Of a DNA stretch of 64,000 nt, positions 37,328 through 51,846 are shown piece by piece. A program made the translations under genes and the position numbers. The first letter of the stretch is position 1, and every line of letters starts with the position of its first letter. Source of the DNA: Patellaria atrata CBS 101060 (lineage: Eukaryota). The DNA is taken from the NCBI GenBank assembly GCA_010093705.1, contig MU006089.1:1304455-1368454 (forward strand), written 5' to 3'. The notes beneath the pieces were generated by a model. That model did not search any database. It was not told the origin of the DNA and saw nothing but the letters and a program-made list of their open reading frames with translations.

Positions 37328-38849
37328 TTTGAATAGTACTATGTTGGGCGAGATCAGGACCTTGTTGCGGATGGATCTATCAGGAATGAGGTGGAGTTGA
37401 GGAAAGGATTTGAGTTCTGAATCTTGGGGCTCGGTAGTGTAGGTCAAGGAATAATTGATATTTGAGAGAGATTTATATAGTATCTTGATGTCTTTGGAGA
37501 CGTGATAGAGTAGTGAGGCTCGCGCTGTTGTTCTGTTGTTATGTTGCCTGCTGTTTTGTGAACTTGTGATGATGAATTTATTGCAATGGCTTCGACACGT
37601 CTACTTATACTTCCTGTTCTTAGGTCAAGGTAATGACACTACTCGTACACCGCAAGAGTAATTCGACAACTTTGTCATAGATTGTTAGTAGTGCTATTTC
37701 GAGACTGATCAAGCCAAAGGCGTGAGGGAGCCATCGCGCAAAAAGTTGCAGACATGACAATAGCCAAGACATCCCATTTCAAGCCTCATGAGATTTCCGA
37801 GGGGTTTCTGTACTTGTAGTTACCATTCTGCAATAATCGCAGGGCTGATGAGAATGCGAGGTTCGTAAGCTGAGTTACAGTATTTGGTGACATAGGGCGT
37901 GATTTAATCAGTAGTGAAAGCACTTGTAGTTGTTGACACTTGACACTCGAAAGGCGCGCCGGGGTTGGTTAGGTAAGCGAAAAAGGAACTTTGTTAACCC
38001 GTACCTTACCTAAGGGATGGAAATTTCTCGTCTTCTTTTCAGCACCTCTCACCGCATGAATCAATTTTCTCATTCCCTCATCTATTTACTCTATCTTCGC
38101 TATTTTCGCTTTCATTCCGTGAGATTCATCCTGCAGACCCTTCGAGGCACATAGAATCCTGCAGCTACCCATTGACCAAGATGATTCTGTCTGTCCACTC
38201 AATCTACTGTTGGTCTGTCTGGATGATTCCTGGCTAGCATATTTCCATTGCCAGATCTAGTCATCAAGCTCGTGGATGAAGTTGCTCCTAACCCCTTCAT
38301 GAAGAATTCCTCATGATTCCCATGATTCCTGGCTCTTAACGGACTTCGCTACCACGGAGGCATTGATTGGTGTTTCGGCCGCATGTATAGACGCTTCCAT
38401 CCCTAGAGGTTGTTCAACTCTCAATTCCAAGTCTTCTCTCCCAATTATGAATACTACTTCTATGAGTTCGTCCTAGAATCGTACATTTCTTTGGATGTGC
38501 TAGTATGGATCCTTCTTCTTGGTGAAGCTGAATATACGAGTCCCGCCAAACGCTAAGAGAGTCTCAAAACTAAACTATTCCTTAGTACATTGTGTGCAAA
38601 ACTTGAAGGGGCATAGGATTGTTCAGACACTTCATTGGTCGTGTTTGCAGCCTAAACAATGTTAAGACCTATTGAATGTTTTCCCTTTGTTCGAAAAGTC
38701 AATATTAGAACAGCCGTTTCATCAGGTTTCTTTTTTCTATCGCATCAAGTATTGGTTACCTGTACTTTGGGCCTTTGATAGTGCCAAAATAATCGGATCT
38801 GCGATATCAAACCGTTATATCTTCTTGGAAAGATCCTAATATAGTAAAT

Positions 38850-39908
38850 ATGCCTCGTTCATATCGACCCCCTTTCTTCCCGGGGACTCCCTACTGCCGC
38901 GTTAAGGTGATTCGTTCTTATCGTTCTACTGGTTCCAGGCAGTGTTCCTTCTGCGCAATTTACCGGAAACCTCGGAGTCCGCACTCCTACAGAGATAATC
39001 CAACAAACCGAGAGGATATCACGCACCTAAATTGCGGCCATGTATATCATGTCTGGTGTCTGGACAAATGGTGCTTGAATCTCGCCGCTGAAATACCAAA
39101 CAGGAGGGCTGAGTGCAAACGGTGCAGGTTGCCGTTCGAGTTTGTAACCCCTCTTATGGGCCATCGAATGCCTCGCCTAGGGGAATATACTAAGACATAC
39201 GGAGGGGAATGTCGTTTTAGGACTATGCGCACCTTTGTTTTTGACCCCTGGGGATTCCAAGACCGTCTGGAGAGGTTGAGACTTGCTGTGCTGACCTTTG
39301 AGCTGTCCCCTCCCCCAGATCCAGATGCTAAGAATGGAGAACAAACGCATCCGTCCTCGATAACCTCTCGTGGTTCCATCTGGTGTCGCCTTTTATATCT
39401 TCTCGTTCCATGCATAAATGCGCGGAAAGTCACAAAGTTCACTACATTATTCCGATTGAGCCAAGCCCAGCTCCGTCACATCGCACTCTCCACCATCATT
39501 ACAGAAAATCGCAATATTGTCATCGCCGCGATAGATATCCTCCTTTGCACCCTTGTTCTCATCTCACCAGCATCGCCTTCTTTACCTAAAGATCGGGAAC
39601 CCACCAAAGTGGAGCTCTCCGGTCTCTTGTCTCAATTCATCTCGCCGGCTTGTTCACATATTCCGCCAAGATACTTTGATGTCATTCTTACCGTAGCACT
39701 TCTTAATGATCCAGAACTAGATGAGAGGTATGGTGTTCTAGCTGGGAGAATGAAGCAGATCGTGCAGGATTGCGAGGGTACTGTGTGGTATGCCTTAGGG
39801 AATGTGATCCGGGAGCTTGAATTTGATGTGAGTTGGGGGCCAAGGGGAGAAACTAGGCCGAGTGGATGGGCGAAGAGGGTTGGAGGGAAGCAGAGAAGGT
39901 TCCAGTAG
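38850..39908 (+). CDS. RING-H2 finger protein
   Basis: CSFC...CGHVYHVWCLDKW...CKRC pattern; intact 352-aa ORF. Confidence 0.8.
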   Translation: MPRSYRPPFFPGTPYCRVKVIRSYRSTGSRQCSFCAIYRKPRSPHSYRDNPTNREDITHLNCGHVYHVWCLDKWCLNLAAEIPNRRAECKRCRLPFEFVTPLMGHRMPRLGEYTKTYGGECRFRTMRTFVFDPWGFQDRLERLRLAVLTFELSPPPDPDAKNGEQTHPSSITSRGSIWCRLLYLLVPCINARKVTKFTTLFRLSQAQLRHIALSTIITENRNIVIAAIDILLCTLVLISPASPSLPKDREPTKVELSGLLSQFISPACSHIPPRYFDVILTVALLNDPELDERYGVLAGRMKQIVQDCEGTVWYALGNVIRELEFDVSWGPRGETRPSGWAKRVGGKQRRFQ

Positions 39909-42789
39909 AGTAATGGATCGTAAAACAGTCTTATATTCATGCTGGACCCAAGGCGAAGATTGGATAATTTGCAACTATCCGATTTTGCGCAATGTCGGAG
40001 GGATATACTGGGTCAGTATGGTACAGTCTTCAACCCAAGGATGAGACCCGGAGTGGAATCTCCTGCAGTGGTATTCGATTTCAGGTAAGGTAAGTAATAT
40101 TTCGTTCAAAGAATACTGTACACAACTATTAGTGGTATGAAGCGCTATAAGTTAGGAGAGGTAGAGTTAGCTATATGAGATCAGGTGATATGAAGATAGT
40201 GGTGAAAAGCGAGCTGCGGGTCAACGGTATGATAGGAAATGCGCGTCGTCATTCGTCATGATGGTAAGCGCCGGCTTGGAGATGATTAAGTTTATTCTGG
40301 AGAGAAGGTTTCTGTCCGATGCTATGTCAGTCGACGCGGTGAGTAAGTAATTTCCTCAAGATACCCGTCTCGAATTCCTTCCGATCTCCCCGTATTGTCC
40401 ATGACGGGGTTCCGTTAGCTAACTATGAACAAATTATCCTCAATTCGTACTATTCAAAACGTCAAACCTCCCTTGACCTCTTCAAACATGTGAATGCTTG
40501 GAAGCAAATCAATTAAAGCAAACTCTATAGAACCCTACGATGCATATCCATGAATAAAGGGACCAGCTTCTCATCCGGGTCCCGGCTTCGGGTGGTATTA
40601 TGCCATTATTCCTGTACCGAAACCTTGGAAGGATCATCCAAACGACTGACGTGTTGAGGACTATTAACAACTTTGCCCACCCGCTTCAGTCTTGCCTCAA
40701 TTCTTTGACTACTAGTTTCCGACGTAATTCACGGAACAATCCTTCCTAAAGACGTCCAAGCTTCGCGTAGTGTTCTATTGACCCATCCAGATGTGGTGCA
40801 TGGCTCAACTCAACACCAAACGCACGAATTTCGCTTCTGTTTGCTTTTTCGTGACACCAATCTGTCAGGGTACCATCCGGTCGCTTGTGTATGCGCGATT
40901 ATCCGCCATAGAACTCTTTCTGAGTATAAATTTGGTATGGCAGTAGTATGTTTGGGTGATACTTCGCAAATTATAGAGTATATTGATGCTGTCCAACTAT
41001 CCCACGTTAGTACGCTTATACCTACAGATAGGTTCACGTCCTCCAACCCATGCACACCGCAGTGAGAGGTAATAGCTCGTACCGGTCGAGGAAGCTCAGG
41101 ATGAGGCTGCAATGTTTGATGCTATTTGTTCGTCGGCGACGTGAAATGTTTCCCCTAAGATAGTCCTGTATCCGCAGTGAAAGCCTGATATTGGCATCGA
41201 CTTCTCCCCGTCGTTGTTGTTCTCTCGCTCTACTCGCCATCTAGTTCCTGCTGTGCTAGATTACTGCCCTTATCAATCTCCGTATCGAAGGGCATTTCTC
41301 CGGCCTCGTCTTCTATTCCCATCTCCAGAGGTCATGCTGTGGCGTTCCTCCTCCCATTCGATATACTCCCCTCCAAAAATGCTGTCTTCTCCAAGCTTAG
41401 ATGCTTCAACTTCGCTATCGTCAACTTCCGGAGTCCTAGCGCCTTCTTCTGTTACCAGTTAAATTTGATCCTCCGGCTAGATTATTATAACCTCAAAGGT
41501 TGTTTCGGTGCCCATCACAAGTCTTCTTCTAGTCGAATGGTGCTCTTCTTCCTCTTTGTTACTAGCCTCATGAGCTCTGCTGGTTCATTCTCGTGGTTCC
41601 TGTCTTCGTGCTGCATGATGTTTCCGTCTCCACAGTAGGATACTGAATTGGCGCTTCTGCAACGTGTTTGATATTCAAATGGTCTTCAGTTACCGGATGT
41701 GGATCATGTTGCCTCCAAAAGGTGTTCGTTCGCTAGTTCAATGTCGTTGTTGTGAAAGTCTTGGCGTATTGCCTGCGCTGGTTGTTGATCAGAATTCTTC
41801 TCCTCCACCCCATTGTGCCACCACCGAAGTCAACACTTGGAATACTTCAGTCATAACAGGTCGAGCAGCGACGAATGCACTCCTTTACCTTTATCCAATT
41901 GTTCTTTTGAGCGCCCTTCAGCGTGTGGGCTGAGCCGAGGTGGTCCGCGCAGACTTTCATGTGTATGGACTCGGGTATGATCACCTCAACACCACCATTG
42001 TTCCGGCTCCGTTCAGAACTGAGCCTTCTCTGGTCTTTTTCTTCTTCCCTCATTATTTGTTTGTCTTTCCAGACGAACACTCGTCTTACGGTGAACGTCA
42101 GGCTCTTGTCGACACCAACTGTCTTCGCCGTAGGGGACTGACGGACGTCCTCCATCTCGACACTACAACACAAGAGGAGGCCGGAGAACATTCTTCAGCC
42201 TCTGCCAACTTCTATACGATCTATTTGCGTAAGCTTCAGGCAGCTTGGGCTTCTTTTCCCGATTGTTGCAACGGACGACGCTAGATGCTCTAACTTTGAG
42301 GTTGACATCGCTGCGGCTCACCATCACCACTCAACATCCACAGCAGAGAAACATCAAACCTGAGCCGTCGCGGACATATATTGCAGAGTCTTTCGGATAA
42401 GTGGATGTGTATCTGCGCTGTTGAGGATGCACTGGGTCTTCCGCTTCCCCGCTAACACCGTATGACATTTACACCTGATTCCATCCAGAGGATCGCAATG
42501 AAGGCAGAGCAAACTTTGGTGGCAAAGTCCGAAACCTACAACATCGCGAACTTGAAGCCAAGGGTGAAAGCAAAGCATTTTACATACACTCTCAACTGCT
42601 ATACAGTTTGCCTCGTGCCCACTGGGTCGAGACATTGGATCAGATATAACCAGCGACTCCGGAGCAGCGCATCGCAGAACGCTTATCACAAATTCCATCG
42701 AACACCATTGATCCCATGCTCCCCCTTGAAGGCCTTGCCGGTATTATACAAACGTACTTTAACACTAAAATCCCTGCTTTTTATAACTA

Positions 42790-43400
42790 GCGGGATCCCG
42801 CACCTTACCCAGCTCTTCCTGCTACCGTCGGAAATAGCTATCGAAGGCATTATCCATGGATTAGAAGATTACAAGTCAGCAGCGCAAGTCTATAATGCAT
42901 TAAAGTCTCCTTTAAGCGCTTACATCAAGGACCATAAGAGCAGACTGTTGAGAATCCGTTGCTCAGAACTGGACTATCATCTCGCAGCCTCTGTGAGAGG
43001 ATGTTTCGCTTGTTACTTTTCGTCTGGGACATGACCACATCTATACTGCACAGTGAGCATGTCCTTCTGTTTAATTACCTCTGACGTGACGCGGGAAGGG
43101 TGAACTTGTGGAGGGATAACGGCGTGATGGAACACAAGGAGGCTCGTTCGACGAAAACTCGGGTATTAATCCAGCAATACTAAGAGGAGGTGCCGAGGCA
43201 TAAGTATTTCGAACGCGTCATGAAACATTTTGGAGGAAAGCTTCGTGCGGAAACCAGCGGAGTGTTGTGGGAGAACCATCCTGGGTCCGAAGTTACAAAT
43301 TTCGAGAAAAGGAGTCTCACAGGAGGGATCCGTCTCATTCATGGTAAAATGGAGTCTAGATCAGTGTATGAGGGATTGAACGATAGGTTGTGGAAATGTC
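42790..43400 (+). pseudogene. Possible F-box gene remnant
   Basis: LFLLPSEIAIEGIIHGLEDYKSAAQVYNAL...AYIKDHKSRLLRI resembles an F-box; stops and a frame change follow. Confidence 0.35.
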
Positions 43401-46400
43401 ATATCTCGAGTCATATCCAATACTCCTCTTCCTATTTATGGTCTTCTTCGTCTTCCATTTTCCTGGCTTGGCGTCTTCCGCCTCTTTCTGCTTTGCCGTC
43501 TTCTTTGATATCCATTTTCTCTACTCTGTTTCTGGCTCGATCTCTTCTGCTCTTTTCTCTTGACAATGACGATTTCTCCTGTTTTATCTATTCTGCGGAT
43601 TCGTTTCTCTTCTTTTTATCGTTCTCAATTTAAACGACATCCTTTCCTCCATCATTTGTTCCTATCCGTCTTCTTGCGACCCATCAGTTCCCTCCATGGT
43701 TTTGCGTATATCCGTTTGCCTTCCATCTGAAGATTATATTTGCGCCACAAACACTAGCGTTGAGCCCGCGGGCATTCCTCAATCAGTCACTGATATTCCC
43801 TTCAATTCGATTTTCCCCCATAGTTCCCCTCTTAAGCTTGCTATGCATTGGGATTCAGTCTTCCGCTGAGCTATCCATTTTCCAAGATTTTTGATTTTCC
43901 ATTCGTACGAGCGCGTCTTTGATTCATGATTCTTCGATTCATTTCTAATTGAGCTTTCTTTATTGTCCCTTCCAGTCAGCCGCGCATACAACGTCCTGGG
44001 CCTTAAGTCTTCACTATTTCCACTTTACGTCGTGGAATGTGGCATCAAACAGTAGTCCTTTTCTTTCTATTGCATCCATCATTTATCTTTTTCGCTCATA
44101 TTCGAAGATCTTCTTGCTCTGTACTTTACGGTTTGATGCATTCAAGTTCCTCTATGAATTCCGTGTCAGTCAACCATCCTGGATTGCTTCTCCTTTCGAC
44201 CTTATCTCGTGTATTTCCGTCTGTTACACATGTTCATACAGTCATTCTGGAGCGTTTATTCTCTTCTATCAAGTAGATTATTACGGCCTTTTTTATGCGT
44301 CTGACTTGTTTCTTTACTGTATAGTGTACCTGGTTAGCAATCGTCCTCTCGTGCTCCCTAACCTCGTGTTGCGGTCCGTGGATTTAGCTAAGTCTTTTCT
44401 TCGCCGGTCATATTTCTCTCTTTCAATTGGGAATTCAGCCAGGCGGAAGGCCAGATATCTTTCAGTCTCTTCTTCGCAGACATCAGTTGTCAGATCTATA
44501 AAGAATAGTTGGACTCAAATTTTTTTTCTCTCATTCATCGTTCGAGTTTTCATCTAGTTGGTTATTCACCTCATTTTAAGTATTTTCGGTATGCTTCTGT
44601 TGATACTGGCCCTCCCTTGTTCAATTAACTGACTTTAGTCTCTTCGTCCGCGGTATTTTACTCTTCGTTCATAATACTTTATTGTATCAAACGCGTCGTC
44701 ATTCCACCTTGAGTCTCGCACCGATCCTACGTATTCTCTGTCAGTCGAAAACTTCTAGTCATATTCGCCTTTCGTTCATTGTACAATTTTGCTTCTACGT
44801 CCTCTTATGGAGTCCATGTCCCCTTTTGTTCTGGAATGACGCCCTCTTTGCAAGGTGTCCTACCGTATTGATCGCGCTATTCAGTCTTTTTCTTCTCATC
44901 GCGCAGTGATTCTTCTTCTCGTTATCGTTGAAATCATTCTTTGGGAGATTGGTGGTAACTGAATGTAGTCGCTTGATTCTCCGTACAACTACGGATTCTA
45001 TCTAGTGTTTATATAATGACAGACCACCTTATTGATTAACCCTTTGACGTCACGAAGCCTAGCTACGTAATCTCCAAATCAAGGCGAACATAACGATACT
45101 ACCTACGTCAGATATAAAATAAGAGATGACATCAAAAGAGTGAGCTAATGTTATAGTTTTGGTGATACTTAACCGATAAGTCGGAGCTGAGCATTTAGCT
45201 CTGAAGATCTCCAACACGAACTCCTGGAGATCCTGACGATCTTCCAACATAAGGCTATCGGGGATCAGCCATCTGACATTCTTGTGTTTGTTTTCGATAC
45301 TTTTCGGTCATGCTCTTGTTTGTTACTTTTCTCTTCATGGCTCACTAGCCTCACTCAGAATTTTGTCAGCGAAGCTAAGACGAGAAGGAGTTAGTTCTTG
45401 TTCTAGAGGCCACGGTTAACCCCTGACACTAGTAGTGTTTCTTCCATATTGTATCATGTATTTCTACCCTTTGTTTCCAACTTCTCATTCTGCGAGTTCT
45501 TATCACTTATCTTCTTCGTCGTCGTTAGGTCTCTTAAAGGCTTTTGCGTCGTCCTTCATTTCCGTTTCGCATTTTCTTTCCCTAACCTTCGAGTTGCGGC
45601 TTTCAAGTCATCATCAAATTGCTTTTTGCATCCTAAAGTTTACCTTACTATACTTGCGTTACTCTGTCGTATTGCTTTTCGGTGCATCTTTCGTCATTTC
45701 TAGAGTTCTTGACCGAGTCTGACTATGAGTTCAGCATACTGCGTTAGAGCCTCTGAAGTATTGCATTTCTTGATTGCGAATGGCACCAGTTGCTCTTTCT
45801 TTCCTATCAATAGTTCTTATAACATCTAGTCTTAAACCTTTCTCGTCTTGCCATTGCCATTTTTCCGGAAATGTTTCTACTTATTTAGTCTTGCATAAAC
45901 AAGCGGATACTGTCAGTCAAGAGTCGGAAAAGTCAAATGAATATACAATATGGTTGATTTCCCTTTTGGTAGTCTGCGAAATTCTGTTCATGCTTGATGA
46001 TCAGTGCGTAAGATGGTTCCTTTCCATCTTTATTTCGTCTATGTTCAATTTCCTCGGGCATTCCTTAATCTGACTTTTTTAATCCATTGCTTTTAGGTCA
46101 GTCGAGATATATCTTCTAACTTTTTACGTCATATCATTTGCTCTTTTTCTTTTCCTTGATCTACAAATTGCCACACATGATAAACAGGGGAACCTCAACC
46201 CATCTTAGGTTCGAACTTACCGAGATCTGACTCCTGGGACTATGAAAAACTCATTAAGAAAGGTGTTGTCCTATGCGATATTGTCGACTCAATTAATACT
46301 GGAGTACCGACGTACGAATATCTCTTCTAGCGGTCACCGAAGTATTATGACTGAATGCAATGGACATGAATGGAGGTGATCGTATCTTGGTAGAGATTGG

Positions 46401-49400
46401 CAAGATTGTGACGAGCTTGGCTTGATAATAAAGTATCATCCATAAGCAATAGAGCATATGGAATATCCATGAGGAGGGAGTCCTACTCGAGCCTCGTGTT
46501 CTATGTTGAAGCCAGAAGAGGAAAAGCGCTGATATGACCTATCAGTCTCTGAACTAGTTTTAATATGGTTATTGTGAGAAGTGTCGGCATCTGGTTGCTT
46601 CTGGTTTTCAGATACGAGAGCGATCATCGTCCCGTCCTTTCCGTTAGGCAATAGACGATAAGGTTGATCACTCCGTTACTCGATCCGTAGTAAAGGGGCC
46701 AATCATCCTCATGGCGAGCATATGCTTTAGTATCATGGAGCGACCTTCTACATCCTTTCGAACGGGTAGGATATGAAAAGTACAATCGGAATACCACCCC
46801 TCCATATCAATACGATCGCGCTTGGAGCATGCACGCTCTCGTAATACACCAAATGTTCCTCTAGGGATATCTTCCTATCTGCTAGCAGATGGTATTCCCT
46901 GTACCCTTCCATTATCTGTCATTATTCCATCCGAGTCGAATCATGTATTTTACGAGCAACCTAGAATAACCATCATCATGAATTTGCTCTTAGGGAGATT
47001 TGATATCTTTTCGACATCGGTCCATTCACTTGCTCTATGTTAGAGCGCAAATCCGACTCTGAAGAAATATATGGTTTTCAAGAGCTGTAAGGTTATAGTT
47101 GTCTTCAACATCTTCGGGATGGTCTGCTGTTAAGTTAAAACCCATACAGGATTGGGGATCTGGCGTTGGCGTTAACGGTAGCGCATAGTAAAATTGGGAC
47201 CAGATAGGTGGAGTAGTATGTAGAAGACGGCCCGAGTGCCGGACACATCCTATTCTCCCTCTTTCTTGCAAACCATGTCCTCATCGCAACACTCATTCGA
47301 AATCAGCATCGTCTTCCTATGTATCCTTGAAGGTCCAAGTTTAAGGCAATCGGAGTCTAGAATAGCACCGAGAGATTGGCTGCGCGAAATCCGACCCGTC
47401 GAATGGGTAAACCATATCGATTTGGTTGGATCATAGTAGCTAGCGGAGACATAGGGTGTCCATAGTAACAGAGTCATTCGCAAGCTGTTCCAGAGATACA
47501 TCCAGGTTGTTGTTTTCGTAGCCGTACTTGAGAGGACTTCCGATTATATGAACGTCGAGCGTCGCTACGGAGCTGAAATCCGTGGCTTTAGCGTCTCGCT
47601 GTTGATCTGCTTGTCTCGTTTCTCTAGGAGACTCGCTAAAACTCCACAGACTTCTTCGTGAACACACATCGCTCAACCTACACATCAGGAAGGGTTCGGC
47701 CCAGAATTCGAGATCTCCTACTTAGTGCTCTCATAAATTGATGTGTCAGACATTCTCAAGTCTCAATCCTCAATCACTGTCGCCTCTATCCACCCCACCA
47801 GATGCCTATTTTTATTCCAACCACATCGGCAGTATTTGAGGGATGCTTTCGAACGAATTCGAACTCGGAGAATGTATTTGCTCTTGTGTGGTGACAAGCT
47901 AAGTAGCTGAGAACGACAGAAGATGAGAGGAAAGTGTCTTTGTTCTATACCAGACCATATCCGAGAACGTAGGCAAGCTGGAGAATGCTCAGAGAGTTGG
48001 CCAGACGGTAGCACCGTTACACTTCACAAAGTGGTATTCCTTCCTGATTAACCGTTCAAGAGAATATCCGAGGTGACGAGGCAAAAGGCAAAATGGGCCC
48101 TTCGATGGTCCGGCTACGAGGATTTGGAAGTTCCCTAGATAGTAGATGCTTGTTAGTAACGTGTTTCCATTAACCGACATGGTAATGCTTGCCTTCCTAT
48201 CCTCAAATTTTTGCTATCGATTATTCGTACAATGCCGATTCCGCCCGCATTATGCGGATATCCCAATTCTTCGAAACCCCATAGATTTATTGTCAAGGTA
48301 TTCTAACTGTAAGCATGTACATTTCTTGCTCCTCAAACCAAGTATACGCTAGTGTAAGGAGGTGGGGAGGTAAGTGGTCCGAAAGGGTGGCAATTCATAT
48401 CTTGCTGTATGCATACTATATGCCTCGGACAACCATAAGTGAGGAATGTCATTTTATACTCGTGAGCCTTTCTTGTAGAATGAATAAGTTCGCTATTTTT
48501 GAATTTCTCCAGCGTAACTCGTAATCCGGCGCTGATTTAAGTATAGCAGCTAAGTCGGCGGATCCAGGTCCCTATCTACTAACTTCATTGATGTGGAGAA
48601 GCATAATAGTATTGAAAGAATTAACAACTCAAGGTTGAGAGCGGGGATATGCCAGCATACACGGCGGGCGGACTGATGATATCCCAGTAGTTAGCTTGCT
48701 CCCCAACCTGTTCGCTATTGAGTCAGGTTCTCGTCAAGAGCTTTCGTATCCTTCTCTCTGCAAATCTGAAACGGACACTAATATGGCAGCACTCGTTGAC
48801 AACACAATGTCCTAATTTCCAATCTGAGATAACTTTGTAAAGACAAGCAGTGACTCACCGCTCCGAAGACCTATAAACATGCTACCAAGAGATGTTAGCT
48901 AAGTTACTTAGATTAGTTGCAAACTGTAAAGAAAGGAAAGGATAGAAGACATCGTCGGTCTCGCTGTAGGAGTTGTTTCCGTAGATGACGTTAGGAAGGT
49001 GTGGAAATATCTGAATCCGTATATTCTTTGGGATAAACACTTAGTTAAAGAGAAGCGAAAGGCTACCTCAAAGTTTCTAACACTTTGTTTCGGACCGAGA
49101 TGTTCAGGTCAAGAGTTTCTGGTTAGTGCGCTGAAATTACTTCGAGGATCAAATTGCGGCTTGCAAGCTGTGCCTAGAAACTCGCTCAGAGAGTGCGGGC
49201 TCCCCCCAACTAACGCTCCGAACTGCCTCATTACGTATATAGAAAGATCTAGGAGGACGCATATCCCCCAAAACGCGTATATTTTCCGCTTACTTGTGTA
49301 GACGGCTAATGGAATAACACGTAGCGGAGTCTCGAAACCATTAGTAGAGCTCCACTCCGCAACTACGAGTTGGGGAACTCTTCATCTGGCTTTGATCGCT

Positions 49401-51096
49401 ACCTCAGTTGCCCCATATAAACTTTATCGGATCACTATAGGATTACTTTCCATGCTTACACCTGAATGCGGCCTTTAGTTGTATTATCACCAAGCTGACA
49501 CACGCAATGTTATATTGCTTCGTATAGAGTATTAAAGTTCCATCGTTCTTTCAGTAACGTATTCTATGCCCTCTTTTATGGGTATACAATGGTACAATGT
49601 CACTAAGGGATTTCAAAATGTCAAAATCCTCAGCTAACTACTCCACTCTCAAACACCAGCTCATACTTAATTGATAAGACCAACTCGATAAGGAAGGAAA
49701 ATATCGTCTACATGTTACATCACAACCGCTTATAGTACGTTCAACTCCTAGGTGTCTCTGGCAGACCAGCGGGCGCGGGCATTTGGATTTATCATTGGAC
49801 TTATACCCTTTACCGGAAGACTATGAAACTAGTAACTACAACTTGAACTTGGCTCAGTTAAGGGATAGGTAATATGCAATAACAAAAGGTGAAAGCGTAT
49901 AGACTAGGGAAGTAGCTACGGGCCCGTAGACACGGTATTGAACAGATCAAGTTGTGAGCGGCCTCTAGTAATTGTGTTCCAACTATCTAGTCCAGATGTT
50001 ATCTACAATCAAGATAAAGGAGAAAAGAAGAGTCTGAGGGCAGATTTGAGGAAAATATTACTGGCTCATCTTCGGATGCAGGGCGCGCCCATACCACTAG
50101 GCTCTAGCCTGTTACACAAGTGATCTGGGCTGGATTTGACGTCTGACCAGAAATACGGTGGACGGTGGTTGATGTCCATAAATATAGAATCATTTATTGG
50201 TAAGAAACACGCCATCAACTTGTAATAAGTTGGAAATATGATCGTTTAATACCTTCTGGATACATCTATTCTATTTACAATGTCCCCTTCGTAAGTAATA
50301 ATATGATAGAAACTCCCTTCTATAACATCAACTCAAGGTGTTGCAAACACTTCTTGGTTTATTATAACTGATAAGTCTTCTTAGTGCAACAAGTCTATCA
50401 CTCGACGCATATGGCCATTCACAGTCCTAGAGATTTCGACAACCTCATCCCATCATCTGAACCTTTTCCTTCTCTTATGATGCTGCCTGCAATTCATTTT
50501 CCCGGTGAAGTTCTATATACGATACCTCATTCTTCACTAGATGGCCATCGCTGATATCAAATGGGCGCTGACGCCCAGGCCGTGCGGAGCTTTCTCGGCT
50601 CTTTGAAGATTTGACATCGAGGATTTTCGCACCTAGAGGGTGCATGTTACCGTAACGTTCTGTTGCATTTACTGCAATGGTGGAAGGATTATAACCAATT
50701 GCAGTTGAAACACCGGGGAAGCAATGGTTGAAGTGTCTCCTATGTTTATAGCTAGCCGACTCAAAAATGGCTACGCGTAGTATCGTGAGACATATTCTTG
50801 TCCTATTCCACGCTCTATGCATAGTAATTAAACGCTTTCCAATGCTTGTTAGGGCATATTCCTGGGTCTCCCAGTGGAATTTCGTATGATCCCTTGGAAA
50901 AGGGAAAGAGCCCCGTCTTTTATTCATAAATCGAATCGAGTTTCATTATAGGTTTGCACAGGAAGACGAGAAATGTGATTTTGAACCATCCGATAAAGTA
51001 TTCATTGTATCAGTACAAGGTAATGGGGGCTCAGACCTATCAACATATTCTTCTTTTGCTAGGCGTTGCTGCCCTCATAGGACACTCTCTGTTTTT

Positions 51097-51275
51097 TTTT
51101 TGTTTTTTTTTAAATCCATTGCATTGCATTATCTACAATGCTGCGCATGCAGCCTCTAGGGATATGGCGCTACTCTTCTATTCACATAAATCCCTATCCT
51201 AGGGTAATAATATGTCTAGTGAGAGTGTCTGAGGAGTGAAACTCTCCAGTTGTCCAAACTTTGCAGTCCAAGTCA
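51097..51275 (-). mobile_element. 5'-truncated LINE-like 3' end; copy B
   Basis: Poly(A) on the minus strand; ~13-bp TSD ACTCT[C/T]TGTTTTT (51084-51096, 51276-51288); homologous to 28310..28480. Confidence 0.8.
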
Positions 51276-51488
51276 ACTCTTTGTTTTTAATACTCTAGTG
51301 AAGCAGGTTTTTGGGTAATTATGGGCAATCCTGCACTTCCTAACATGTTGTCACCTGTCATCGTTCAGTTACCCTCATCCAGGGGAACACTCAGAATGGC
51401 GTATGCTTCGATCTCCCGTCAAGAAAGTAGTGCGCCGTAATTCTACTCGTAAGGAAATATCAGCGCTATTTAGATTATCTATCGCCCA

Positions 51489-51829
51489 ATGCAAGATGTG
51501 GTGCTAGTTCAAGAGAATAGTCAAGCCAACGGAGCAGAACAATACCGTTGCTAACAAAGGACGAACCTGCTCAAAACTTCGAAACCAACAAAAAGTCTAT
51601 GGTGATTACTATCATTGTATTCATATCTGCAGTTGTACTATTCATAATTTTTATTTGTCTACTGAAAAAGTGCTTCCCGGATAAGCATATAGGTGCTGCT
51701 GACAGAAACGTCCGTCCAGCAAAAGCTCACTCTCGACAACGGGACGTTGAGATGGGTCAGTGGTACGGTCAGGATCATGAGCATGAGCATGAGCACCATT
51801 ACCGAAATTGCACGAGCATAGATAAATAG
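51489..51829 (+). CDS. Small single-TM protein with HE repeat
   Basis: Hydrophobic MVITIIVFISAVVLFIIFICLL followed by KK; start uncertain (possible micro-exon, then intron ending GCTAACAAAG at 51559). Confidence 0.45.
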
Positions 51830-51846
51830 TCTGTTGTAGAAGTTAA

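Noticed and set aside
43949..46073. Plus-strand F/S/L-rich ORFs as membrane proteins
   Set aside because: Shadow ORFs of a purine-rich minus strand.
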